DNA from: the human T2T-CHM13v2.0 reference genome, Homo sapiens
Assembly (NCBI RefSeq): GCF_009914755.1
Contig: NC_060946.1
Reading direction: 5' to 3' (one strand)
DNA length: 64,000 nt
The position numbers and the translations under genes are program-made. Below the pieces are notes generated by a model. It was given only the letters and a program-made list of their open reading frames with translations. It ran no database searches and was not told the DNA's origin. Within the stretch, counting starts at the first letter, position 1. Each line of letters opens with the position of its first letter. Shown here in pieces: positions 12,901 to 25,688 of this stretch.

Positions 12901-15900
12901 AATAGAGTGGAGTTGAATGGAATGGAGTGGAATGGAATTTAATGCATTGAAACGGAATGATGTGCAATGGAAAGGAGTTGAGCGGAGTGGAAAGGAGTGG
13001 AGAGGAGTGGAATGGAATGTACTGGAGAGGAGTGGAATAGAGTGGTGTGGAATGGAGTGGAGTAGAATGAATGTAATTAAACGGAGGAGAATGGAATGGA
13101 TTGGAGTGGAATGAAATGCAATGGAGTGGAGTGGATTGGAAAGGAATGGATTGGAATTGAGTGGAATGCAATGGAGAGGAATGTAATGGAGTTGTTTGGA
13201 AAGGAATGGAATGGATTGGAATTGACTGGAATGGAATGGAGTGGAATGAAAAGGAGTGGAAAGGAGTTGAGAGGAATGGAATTCAATGGAATGGAATGGT
13301 ATGGATGTTAGTGGACTGCATTGGAGCGGAATGGAATGGAATGGATTGGAATGGCGTGGAATGGAGTATAATGGAATGGAAAGAAGTGGAGTGAGGAGGA
13401 GTGGAGCGGAATGGAATAGAGTAGATTGGAATGGAATGTAGAGGAGTCGAATGGAAAGGAATGGAATGGAATCTAACGAATAGAGAGGAGAGGAGTGGAG
13501 ATGATTGGAAAGGAATGGAATTGAATTGAAGGGAATGGAATGGAATGGAATGCAATGGAATGGAGTGGAGAGGAATGGAATCGATTGGAACGGAGTGGAA
13601 TGGAGTGGAATGGAATGGAATGGATTAGAATAGAATGGAATGCAATGGAACGGAATGGAATAGAAAGCAATGGAATGGAGAAGAGTGGAACGGAATGGAA
13701 TGTAATGGAGTGGAATGGAGTGGAGTGGAGTGGAGTGGAAGGGAATGGAAATGAGTTCAATGCAATGGAATGGAAAGGAATGGAATGAAATGGAGTGTAA
13801 TGGAATGTAGTGGAAGGGAATGGAATTGATTTCAATGCACTGGAATGGAAAGGAATGGAATGAAATGGAGAGTAATAGAATGGAGTGGAATGGAATGCAT
13901 GGAATGGAACTGAGTGGAAGGCAATGGAATGGAAAGGACCGGAGTGAAATGCAATGGAATGTAATGAAATGGAATGGAATGGAATGGAAAGAAGGGAAGG
14001 GAATTGAGTGGAATGGAATTGAATGGAATGGAATACAATGGAGTGGACTGGAGTGGAAGGGAAGGGAATAGAGTCGAAGGAATGGAGATGAATTGCATGG
14101 AATGCAGTGGAATGGAATGGAGTGGAGTGGAGTGGAGTGGAATGGAATGGATTGGAATGCAATGGAATGGAAGGGAATGGAACGGAAAGGAACGGAATGG
14201 AAGGGAATGGAATGGAATACAGTAGAGTGGAATGTAATGAAATGTAAAGGAATGAAATGGAATATAATGGAGTGTAGTGGAATGGAATGATGTGGCGTGG
14301 AGTGGAATAGAATGTACTGGATTGTGGAGGAGTGTAATGGAATGGAATAGAGTGGAGTGGAAAGGAATGGAGTAGAGTGGTGTAGTGTGGAGTGGAGTGG
14401 AAAGGAATGCAATGGAAGGGAATGGAGTGGAATGGAATGTAGGGCAATGAAATAAAGTCGAATGTAATGGAGTGGAAAGAATGAAATGGAATTGAGTTGT
14501 GTGGAATTCCATGGAATGGTAAGGAATGGAGCTGAGTGGGATGTAATGGAATGGAGTGGAATGGAATGGAGTGGAATGGAACGGAGTGGAATGGAACGGA
14601 GTGGAGTGGAACGGAATGGAGTGCAATGGAATGGTGTGGACTGGTCTGGAGTGGTGTGGCGTGGAATGAAGTTGAGTGAAATGGAGTGGAGTTTAATGGA
14701 ATGGAATGGAGGGGAATGGAATGGAATGCTGAGGAGCAGAGTGGAGGGTGGTGGAATGGAATAGAAGGGTGTGGAGTGGAATGGAATGAAACGGAGTGGA
14801 ATGTAAAGGAATGGATTGGAATGGAATGACGTGGAATAGAATGGAGTCTAATGGAAAGGAATGGAATGGAGTGTAATGGAGAGGACTGGAGTGGAATGGA
14901 ATGGAGTAGACTGGAATGGAAAGGAATGGAATGGAATGCAGTGGAATGGAATGGAGTGGAGTGGAGTAGAGTGGAGTGTAATGGAATGGAATGCAATGCA
15001 AAGAAATGGAATGGAATGAAATGGAATGGAAGGGAATGGAATGAAATGGAGTAGAGTGGAGTGTAGTGGAATGGAATGGAGTGGCCAGGAATGGAATGGA
15101 AAGAAATGGAATGGAGTGGAGAAGAATGGAATAGAGTGGAGTGGAAATGTATGGAATGTAGTGGAGTGGAGTTTAATGGAGTGGAAAATTGTGTGGTGGA
15201 ATGGAATGGAATATAATGGAATAGAGTGAAATGGAGTGGAGCGGAGTGTTATGGAACTGAGTAGAACGAAGTGAAGGGGAATGGAGTAGAATGCAGTGGA
15301 GTGGAGTGGAATGGAATGGAATGGAATGGAAAGGAATGGAGTGGAGTAGAGTGGTATGAAATGGAAGAGAGTGGAAGAGAATGGAGCGGAATGGAAAGGA
15401 TTGTAATGAAAAGGATAGGATTGGATTGGAATTCAGTGGTGTGGGGTGGAGTGGAATGCCATGGACAAAATTGTAGTGGAGTGTAATGGAATGGAATTGA
15501 GTGGAGTGGAATGGAATGGAATCGAGTGGATTGGAATGGAGTGGTATAGAATTGAGTGGAATGGAAAGGAATAGAAAGGAATGGAATGGAATGGAATGGA
15601 AGGGAAGGCAATGCAATGGAATGCAATGGAGTAGAGTGCAATGGAATGGAAAGGAATGGAGTGGAATGGAATTAAATGGAAAGGACTGGAGTGTTGTGGA
15701 ATAGAATAGAATGGAATGGAACGGAATGGAGTTGAAGGGAATGGAAAAGAATGGTATGGAGTAGATTAGAGTGGAATGGAGTGGAATGGAATCGAATGGA
15801 GTGGAGTGGAATGTAATGGAATGGAGAGGAATGGAATGGAATACAATGGAATGGAATGGAGTGGAATGGAATAGAATGGAATGGAATAGAATGGAATGGA

Positions 15901-18580
15901 GTGGAGTGGAATGGAAAGGAATGGAGAAGAGGGGTTTGGAGTGGGTTAGTGTATAGTGGAATGGAATGTAATGGAATGGAATACTATAGAGAGTTATGGA
16001 TTGTACTGGAATGGAATGGAATGGAATGCAGTGGAATGGAGCAGAGTGGACTGGAATGGAATGGAATGGAGTGAAATGGAATGGAATGGATTGGAATGGA
16101 GTGGAATGGAATAGAGTGGATTGAGGTGGAATGGAATGGAGTGGAGTGGAATGGAACGGAATGGAATAGAATGGAACGGAGTGGAATGCAATCGAATGAA
16201 ATGTAGTAGAGTGGATTGGAGTGAAGTTGAGTGGAATGGAATGCAATGGAATGGAATGGAGCAGAGTGGAATGTAGTCAAGTGGAATGAAATGGAATGGA
16301 AGGGAATGGAGTACAATGGAAATGAATGCAATGGAATGGAGTCTAATGGAATAGAGAGGAATGGAATGAATCGGAATGGAGTGGAGTGGAATGGAATATA
16401 ATGGTAATTAAAGGAGTTGAGTGTAATGGAAAGGAATGGAATGGAATGCAATGAAATGGAGTGGAGAGGAGTGAATTGGAACGGAGTGGAATGGAATGGA
16501 ATGGAGGGGAACGGAGTGGAATGGAATGGAATAGAGTGAAATAGAATGCAGTGGATTGGAATGGAATGGAGTGAATGGAATGTAGTGCAATGCAATGGTC
16601 TGGAATGGAATGGAGTGTTCTAGAGTGGCATGGACTGGAGTGGGAAGGAGTGGAACTTAATGGAATGGAATGGGGAGGAATGAAATGGAAAGGTGTGGAG
16701 AAGAGTGGAGTGGTGTGGAATGGAATGGAATGGAGTGGAAAGAATGGATTTGAGTAGAGTGGAGTGGAATGGAATGGAACTGAATGGAACGGATTTGAAT
16801 GGAGTGGAATGCATCGAAATGGAGTGGTATGGAGTGGTATGGAAAAAGGAAAGGAATTTAATGGAAAGGAATGGAATGTAATACAACGGAATGCAGTGGA
16901 TTCGAGTGGAGTGCTGTGGAATGTAAGTGAATAGAGTGCAATGGAATGGAATGGAATAGAATGGAATGGAATGGAAAGGAATGACATCGGGTGAAACGGA
17001 ACGTAGTGGAGTGGAATGGAATGGAGCAGAGTGGAATGGAATGGAATGCAGTGGAATGGAATGCAAGGGAATGGCATGGAATGGAATAAATGGAAGGGAA
17101 AGGAATAGAAGGGAATGGAGAAGTGGGGACTGTAGTGGTGTGGAGTGAACTGGAATGGAATGGAATGGCATGGTGTGGAGTGGAATGGAATGGAATGAAA
17201 TGGACTGGAATGGAGTGGAGTGGATTGGAATGGAATGGAATGGAGTGGCATGGAATGGAATGGAATGGAATGGAAAGGATGGAGTAGAGTGGAGTGGACT
17301 GGAGTGGAATGGAATGGAGTGGAGTGGAATGAATTGGAGTGGATTGGAATGGAATGCAATGGAATGGAACAGAGTGGAATGGAATGGAATAGAACGGAGT
17401 GGAATGAAGAGGAGGGGAGAGGAATGGAATGGAATGGAATGGAATGGAGTAGAATGGAGTGGAGTGGAATGGAAAGGAATGGAATGGAATGCAGTGGAAT
17501 GTAATGGAGAGGAGAGGAGTGGAGAGGAGTAGTCTGGAGTGTCGTGGAGTGGAGTGGTGTGGAATTTATTGGAAGGGAGTGCAACTGAATGGAATGTAGT
17601 GGATTGGAATGGAATGCAGTGGAGTGCAGGGGAATGGAGTGGAGTTAAAGGGAATAGAATGGAATGGAAGGGAGTGGAATGGAGCTGAGTGTAGTGGAAA
17701 GGAATGGAGGGCAATGGAATGGCATAGATTGAAGAGGAATGGAGTGGATTGGAGTGGAATGGAATGGAATGGAGTCGAATGGATTGGAATGGAAAGGAGA
17801 GGAGTGGAATGGAATGGAATGGAATTTAGCGGAATGGAATGGAGTGTAGTGGAGAGGAATGGAATGGAATACAATGTAAGGGAGTGGAATGGATTGGAAT
17901 GTAATGGATAGGAGTGGAATGCAATGGAATGGAATGAGATGGAACGGTATGGAATGGAATGGAGTGGAATGGAATGTAATGTAATGCAGTGGAATGGAGT
18001 GGAGTGAAATAGAATGGAATGGAGTGGAGTGGAATGGAAGGGAATGGGATGGAATGGGGAGGTGTGGACTGGAGTGGAGGACAGCATAGTGGAATGGAAT
18101 GGAATGGAATAGAAGGGAATGGAATGGGATACAAGAGAATGGTATGGAGTGGAGTGGAATGGAATGTAACGTAATGCAGTGGAATGGAGTGGAGTGCAGT
18201 GGATTGGAAGGGAATGCAGTGGAATGGAGTGGAATGGAATAGAATGGAGTAGAATGGAATGGAATGCAATGGAATTGAATGGAATGGAGAGGCGTGGAGT
18301 GGAATTGAATGGAGTAGAATGGATTGGAAAGGAATGGAGTGGATTGCAATGGAATGGAGAGAAGTGTAAAGAAAAGTAGTGGAATGGAATGCTGTGGAAT
18401 AGTAAGGAGTGGTGTGAATTGGAATGGAATGGAGTGGAATGGAATGGAACTGAATGGAATGAAAAGAGGATTGGAATGGAAGGTGGGTAGTGCAATGGAG
18501 TGGTGTGTAGTGGAATTGAATGTAGTGGAGTGGATTGGAATGGAATGAAACGGAGTGGAATGACACGGAATTTGGTGCAA

Positions 18581-18860
18581 TGGAATGGAGTGGATTAGAA
18601 TGGAGTCTAATGGAAGGTAATGTAATGGAGTGGAGTTGAAAGGAATGGAATGGAATGCAATGGAATCGAGAGAAGTGGAGTGGAGTGGAGTGGAATGCAA
18701 TGGAGTGGAACGGGATGGAGTGGAATGGAGTGGATTAGAATGGAGTCTAATGGAAGGTAATGGAATGGAATGGAGTGAAATGCAATGGAATGCAATGCAA
18801 TGGATTCGATTGAAGTGAAGTGGAGTAGAGTAGAATGCAACAGAGTGGAATCAGATGGAG
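18581..18860 (+). repeat. 140-bp tandem duplication with a 42-bp identical head
   Basis: TGGAATGGAGTGGATTAGAATGGAGTCTAATGGAAGGTAATG at 18581-18622 and 18721-18762; downstream portions are more diverged. Confidence 0.85.
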
Positions 18861-21800
18861 TGGAGTGGAGTGGAGTGGAATAGAATGGAAAGGAATTGAA
18901 TGGAAAGGAATTGACTGGAATGTAATGCAACGAAATGTAGTGGAATGAAGTTGAATGGAAGGTAAAGGAATGGAATTGAATGGAGTGGAATGGAATGGAA
19001 TGAAATGGAATGCAATGGAAACGAGAGGAGTGCTGTGGATTGTAACGGAATGGAATGCAATGGAATGGAATGGAATGGAAGGGAATGAAATGCAAAGGAA
19101 TGTAATCGAATGCAGTTTAATGGAATGGAATGCAGCGGGGTGGAATAGAATAGAGTGGAGTGGAATGTCAAGGAATGCCATGGAATTTAATGTAATGGAA
19201 TGTAACTGAAAAGAATGGAATGTAATGGAGAGGAGGGGATTGTAGTGGAGTGGAGTGAAGTGGAATGAAATGGAATGGAATGGATTGGAATGGAATGGAA
19301 TGGAATGTGGTTGAGTGGACTAGAATGGAAAGAAATGGACTAGAATGGAGTGGAGTGGATTGGAATGGAATGGAATGGAATGGAGTGGGGTGGAATGGAA
19401 AGGAATGGAATGTAGTGGAGTGGAGTGGAATTGAATGGAATTGAGTGGAGTGGAAACGATTGGAATGGATTGGAATGGAATGCATTGGAATGGAATGGAA
19501 TGAAACGGAATGGAATGGAATGGAATGGAATGGAATGGAATGGAATGGAATGGAATGAAGAGGAGTGTAGTGGAATGGAATCGATTGCATTGAAATGTGA
19601 TGGAATGGAGATGGATGTAATGGAATAGAATGGAATGGAATAGAATGGGATGGAAAGGAATCGAATGGAAAGGGGTGGAGTCGAGTGGAAAGCAATGGAG
19701 TGAAGAGAAATGGAATTAAATGCAATGGAACGGAATGGAATGAAATGTATTGGAATGGAATGGAATGGAATGAAATGGAATGGAATGTAATGGAATGGAG
19801 TAGAATGGAGTGGAATGGAATTGAATGGGAAGGAATGGTATGGAATGGAATAGAGTGGAGTGGAATGGAATGGAAAAGAATGGAGTGGAATGGATTGTAA
19901 CGTAATGGAGTGGGGTGGAATGGAATGGAAAGTAACGGAGTGAAATGGAGTGCAGTGGAGTGTAATGGAATGGAATGGAGTGGATATGAATGTAGTGGAA
20001 TGGAATGCAGAGGAATAGAAAGGAAGGGAATGGAATGGAATGGAAAGGAATGGAGTGGAAAGGAATGGAATGGAGGGGAGTGGAATGAAGTGGAAAGGAA
20101 TTGAGTGGAATGGAATGAAGTGGAATGGAATGTATCGGAATGGATTGGAGTGGATTGGAGTTGAGTGGAGTGGAATGGAATGGAATGGAGTGGAGTGGAG
20201 TGGAATGGAATGGATTGGAATGGAGTGGAGTGGAAGGAAATGGGATGGAATGGGGAGCAGGGGACTGGATTGGAGTAGAGTATAGTAGAATGGAATGGAA
20301 TGGAAGGAAATGGAATGGAGTAGAATACAATAGAATGGTACGGAGTGGAGAGAAATGGAATGGAATGCAATGCAGGGGAATGGAGTGGAGTGGAGTGGAA
20401 TGGAATGAGACGCAATGTATTGGAGGGGAATGGAATGGAGTGGAATGGAATGGAGTGGAATGGAGTGAAGTGGAGTGGAGTGGGTTGGAATGGAATGGAG
20501 TAGATTGGAGTGGATTGGAATGGAGTGGAGTGGAATGGATTGTAGTGGAGTGGAAAGAAATAGATTGAAATGGAATGGTGTGGAATGGAATGGAGTCGTG
20601 TGGAGTGGAATGGAGTGGAGTTGAATGTAATGGAAAGGAGAGGAATGGAATGGAAAGGTGTGGAGTTCAGTGGAGTGGAGTGAAATGGAATGAAACGGAG
20701 AAGAATGACATGGAATGTGGCGCAAAGGAATGCAGTGGATAAGAATGGAGTCTAATGGAAGGGAGTGGAATGGAGTGGAGGGTAATGGAATGAAATGGAA
20801 TACAATGGAATGGAGTGGAGAGGAGTGGAACAGAGTTGAATGGAATTGAATGGAACGCAATCGACTGGAATGGAATGCAACGAAATGGAGTGGAAAGGAG
20901 TTGAATGGAACGTAAAGGAATGGAATTGAATGGAGTGGAATGGAATGTAATGAAATGGAATGCAATGGATGCAGGTGGAGGGCTGTGGAATGTAATGGAT
21001 TGGAATGCAATGGAATGGAAACCAATGGAATGGAATGGAATGGAATGGAAGGAAATGGAATGCAATGGACTGGAATGGAAAGGAAATTAATGGAATGGAA
21101 TGGACAGGGGTGGAATGGAATGGAGTGGAGTGGAATGGAATGGAATGCTATGGAATGTAATGCAATGGAGTGGAACGGATTGGAATGGAATGGAGAAGAG
21201 GGGTTTCTAGTGAAATGGAGTGAAGTGGAATGGAATGGAATGGAATGGAATGCAATGCAATGGCGTGCAGTGGAATGGCATGGAATGAAATGGACTGGAA
21301 TGGAGTGGAGTGGAGTGGAATGGAATGAAATGGAGCGGGATGGAATGGGATGGAATGGAATGGAATGGAATGGAATAGGGTGGAATGCAATGGAATGGAA
21401 TGGAATGCAGTAGAGTGGAGTGAAGTGGGATGGATTGGAGTGTAGTGGAAAGGATTGGAACAGAATGCAATGTAATGGATTGGAATGAAACAGAGTGGAA
21501 TGGAATGGAATGGAATGGAATTGAGAGGAATGTAGAGGAGTGAAGTGGAGTGGAATGGAATATATTGAAATGTAATGGAATGGAGTTGAATGTGATGTAA
21601 TGCAATGGAATGGAATAGAATGGGATGGAAAGCAATGGAAAGGGACGGGGTGGAGTCGAGTGGAATGCAATGGAGTGAAGTGGAATGGAATAGAATGCAA
21701 CGGAAAGGAATGGAATGGAATGGATTGGAAAGGAATGGAATGAAATGGAATGGAATGGAATAAAATGGAATGGAATGGAATGGAATGGAATGGAATGGAA

Positions 21801-22521
21801 TGGAATGGAGTGGAATGGAAATGAATTGGATGGAAAGGTATGGAATGGAATGGAATGGAGTGGATTGGAATGGAATGGAATGGAGTGGGGTTGGGTGGAA
21901 TGGAATGGAATGAAACGGAGTGGAATGAAGGGGAGTGGACTGGAATGGAATGGAATGGAGTGAATTGGAATGTATTGGAATGGAATAGAATGCAATGGAA
22001 AGGAATGGAATCTAATGGAATGGATCAGAATGCAATGGAATGTAAAGGAGTGGAGTGGAATGTAATTGTAGGGAATTGAATGGAATTGAGTGGAATGGAT
22101 TGGAACGGAATTGAATGGATTGGAGTGCAATGGAATGCAATGGAATGGAAAAGAATGGAGGGTATTGGAGAGGAATGGAGTGGAATGGAATGGAATGGAG
22201 TGGAGTAAAATGGGATGGAATGGAATGGAATGGAATGGAATAGAATGGACTGTAATGGAGTGGAGTTTAATGGAAAGGAATGGGATGGAATGGAGAAGAG
22301 GGGACTGGAGTGGAGTAGAGTATAGTGGAATGGAATTCAGTGGAAATTAATGGAATAGAACAGAATGGAATGGAATACTATAGAATGGTATGGAGTAGAG
22401 TGGAATGAAATGGAATGGAATGCAATGGAATGGGGAGGAGTGGAGTGGAATGGAATGTAATGCAGTGGAATGGAATGGAATGGAATGTTATGGAATGGAG
22501 TGGAGTGGAGTGGAATGGAAT

Positions 22522-22579
22522 GGAGTGGAATGGAATGGAGTGGAAAGAGTGGAGTGGAATGGAATGGAGTGGAAAGAGT
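22522..22579 (+). repeat. Perfect 29-bp tandem duplication (GGAGTGGAATGGAATGGAGTGGAAAGAGT x2)
   Basis: 22522-22550 is identical to 22551-22579; the unit contains a 4-bp truncated pentamer. Confidence 0.9.
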
Positions 22580-25500
22580 GGAGAGGAATGGAATGGAGTG
22601 GAGTGGAAAGAAACGGAGTGGAATGGAATTCTGTGGAATGGAATGGAGTGGTGTGGATTGGAATGGAGTGGAGTGGAATGGAATGGAGTGGAGTGGAATA
22701 GATTGGAATGGAAATGAATGGAACGGAATTGTTTGAAATGGAATGCAACGAAATGGAGCGGAATGGAGTGGAATGGAATGGAATGGAACGGAATGGAATG
22801 AAATGGAATGCAGTGGATTCGATTGGAGTGCTGTGGAATGTAATGAAATGGAATGCAATGTAATAGAATAGAATAGAATAGAATAGAATGGTATGGAATT
22901 GAATGGAATGGAGTGGATTGGAATTGAATGGAATGGAAAGTAGTGGGGTGTAATGGAATGTAGTGGAGTTGAATGGAATGCTATGCAATGGAATGGAATG
23001 GACGAGAGAAGATGTGAGTTCAGTCGAGTGGAGTGGAGTGGAAAGTAATGGAACGGTATAAAATGGAATGGAGAGGAATGGGATGGGAATGAATGGAATG
23101 GACTGGATTTTAGTGGTGAGGAATGAAATGGAATGGCATGGAGTGTAATGGAATGGAAAGGAATGGAATGGAATGGAGAGGAGGGGAGTGGAGTGGAATG
23201 GAGTGAGGTGGAATGGAATGAAATGGAATGGAATGCAATGGTATGGAATTTAATGGAGAGGAGTGGAATTGAATGGAATGTTACAGAGTTGAATGAAGTT
23301 TAGTATGGCGGAATGGAATTGAATGGAGTGGATTGGAATGGAGTGGAATGGAATGGAGTGGAACGGAATGGAATGGAACGGAATTGAATGGAATGGTATG
23401 CAATAAAATGGACTGGAAGGGAGTGTAGTGGAATGTAAAGTATTGGAATTGAATGGAGTGGAATGGAAAGGAAAGAAATGGAATGCAGTAGACTCGAGTG
23501 GAGTGCTGTGGATTGTAATGGAATGGAAAGAAATGGAATGGAAGGGAATGGAATAGAATTGAATGGAGTGGGGTGGAATGGAATGGAGTGGAGTAGAATG
23601 TAATGAAATGCAATGGAATGGAATGGAACAGAACGGAACGGAATGGAATGGAATGGAATGGAATGGAACGCAATGCAATGGAACGGAATGGAATGGGGAG
23701 GAGGGTAGTGTAGTGGGAGGAGTGAAGTGGAATGGAATGCAATGGAGCGGAATGGAATGGAATGGAATGGAATGACATAGAGAAGAATGGAATGGAATGA
23801 AATGCACTTGAGTGGAATGGAGTGGAGTGGAATGGAATGGAATGGATTGGGATGTAATGGAATGGAATGGAATGAAATGGAATGGAATGGTATGGAATGG
23901 AGAGGATTGGAGTGGCGTGTAATGCAATGGAGTGGAGTGGAATGGATTGGAAGTGAATAGAATGGAATGCAATGGAATGGAATGAAATGGAACAAAGTGG
24001 AATGGAATGGAATGGAGTGGAATGTAGAGGAATGGAGTGGAATGGAATGGAATGTACTGAAATGGAATGGAATGGAGATGAATGTAACGGAATGGAATAT
24101 AATACAATGGGATGGAAAGGAAAGGAATTGGACGGGGTGGAGTCGAGTGGAATGCAAAGGAATGAAGTGGGATGGAATGGAAAACAATGGATCAGAATGG
24201 AAGGGAATGGAATGGAATGAAATAGAATTGAATGGAGTCGAATGGAGAGCAATGGAATGGAAAGGAATGCAGTGGAATGGAGAGGAATGTAATGGGAATG
24301 AATTGAATGGAGTGGATAGTAGTGGAGAGGAGTGTAATTGAATGGTATGGAGTGGAATGGAATGGAATGGAATGGAGAGGAGTGGAGTGCAGTGGAGTGG
24401 AGTTGGATGGAATGGATTGAAATGGAATGGAATGGAATGGAATTTAATGGTACGGAATGGAATGGAATAAAATGGAATGGAATAAAATGGAATGGAATGG
24501 AATGGAGTGGGGTGGAATGGAATGGAATGTAACGGAATAGAAGGGAGGGGAGTGGAGTGGAATGGAATGGAATGGAATGGAATGGAATGGAATGGAGTGG
24601 AGGGCAGTGGAATGGAGTCGAGTGGAGTAGAATGGTATGGAATGGAATAAAAGGGAATGGAATCGAATGATATGGCATAGAGTGGACTGTATTGGAATGG
24701 AATGGAAAGGGATTTAATGGAATGTAATGGAAAGGAATGGAATGGAATGGAATGTATTGGAGGGGAACTGAATGTGATGTTGTGGAATGTAGAGGAGTGT
24801 AGTGGAGTGAAATGTAATGTAGTGAAATGGAATGGAATGCAGAGAATCGTAATGTGTTGGAATGGAATGGGATGGAAAGGGATGGAATGGAATGAAATGG
24901 ACAGGAGTGGAATGCAGTGGAATGGAATGCAATGGAATGGAATGGAATGGAGTTGGGTGGAATTGAATGCAATGTAACGGAGTTGAATGGATAGGATTGG
25001 AGTGGAATGGAATGGAATGGAATGGAATATTGAATGGAATGGAATCGAATGGAGTGGAGGGGAGTGGAGTGGAGTGCAGTGGAGTGGAATGGAGTGCAAT
25101 GGTATATAGTGATGTGGATTGGAGTGGACCTGATTGGAATCGAGTGGAGTGTAATGGAATGGAATGGAATGGAGAGAAATACAGTGGAGTAGAGAGGAAT
25201 GGAAACGAATGGAATGGACTGGAGTGGAGAGGAGCAGAGTGCAGTATAGTTGAGTGGAGTTCTGTGGAGTGGTGTGTAATGGAGTGTAATGGAATGGAGT
25301 GGAGTGTAATGGAATGGAGTGTAATGGAATGTAGTGAAATGAAATTTACTGGAGAGGAGTGGAATGGAATGGAATTAATTGGAGTGGAGTGGAATGGATT
25401 GGAATTGAGTGGAGTGTAATGGAATGGAATGCAAGGGAAAGGAATGGAATGCAGTAGAGTGCAGTGGAAAGGAGTGAAATGGATTGGGGAGAATGTAATG

Positions 25501-25643
25501 TAATGTAAAGAACGGAATGGAATGAAATGCAATGCCATTGAATGGAATGGAATGGAGCAGAATGCATTGGAATGGAATTTAGTGGAAAGTAATGTTATGG
25601 AATTGAATGGAATGGAATGGAATGCAATGGAATGGAATGTAAT

Positions 25644-25688
25644 GGAGTGGAGTGGAGTGGAGTGGAGTGGAGTGGAGTGGAGTGGAGT
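25644..25688 (+). repeat. Pure (GGAGT)9 tract
   Basis: Nine consecutive perfect GGAGT units, the longest such run I noticed. Confidence 0.9.

Larger units (their letters stand above)
15900..23550 (+). repeat. About four diverged copies of a ~1.9-2.2 kb higher-order unit
   Basis: GCA(A/T)CGAAATG at 16811, 18927, 20877, 22745. GCTGTGGA at 16913, 19032, 20982, 22830. GGAGAAGAGGGGACTGG...TATAGT-like motif at 15923, 18056, 20252, 22292. Confidence 0.75.
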
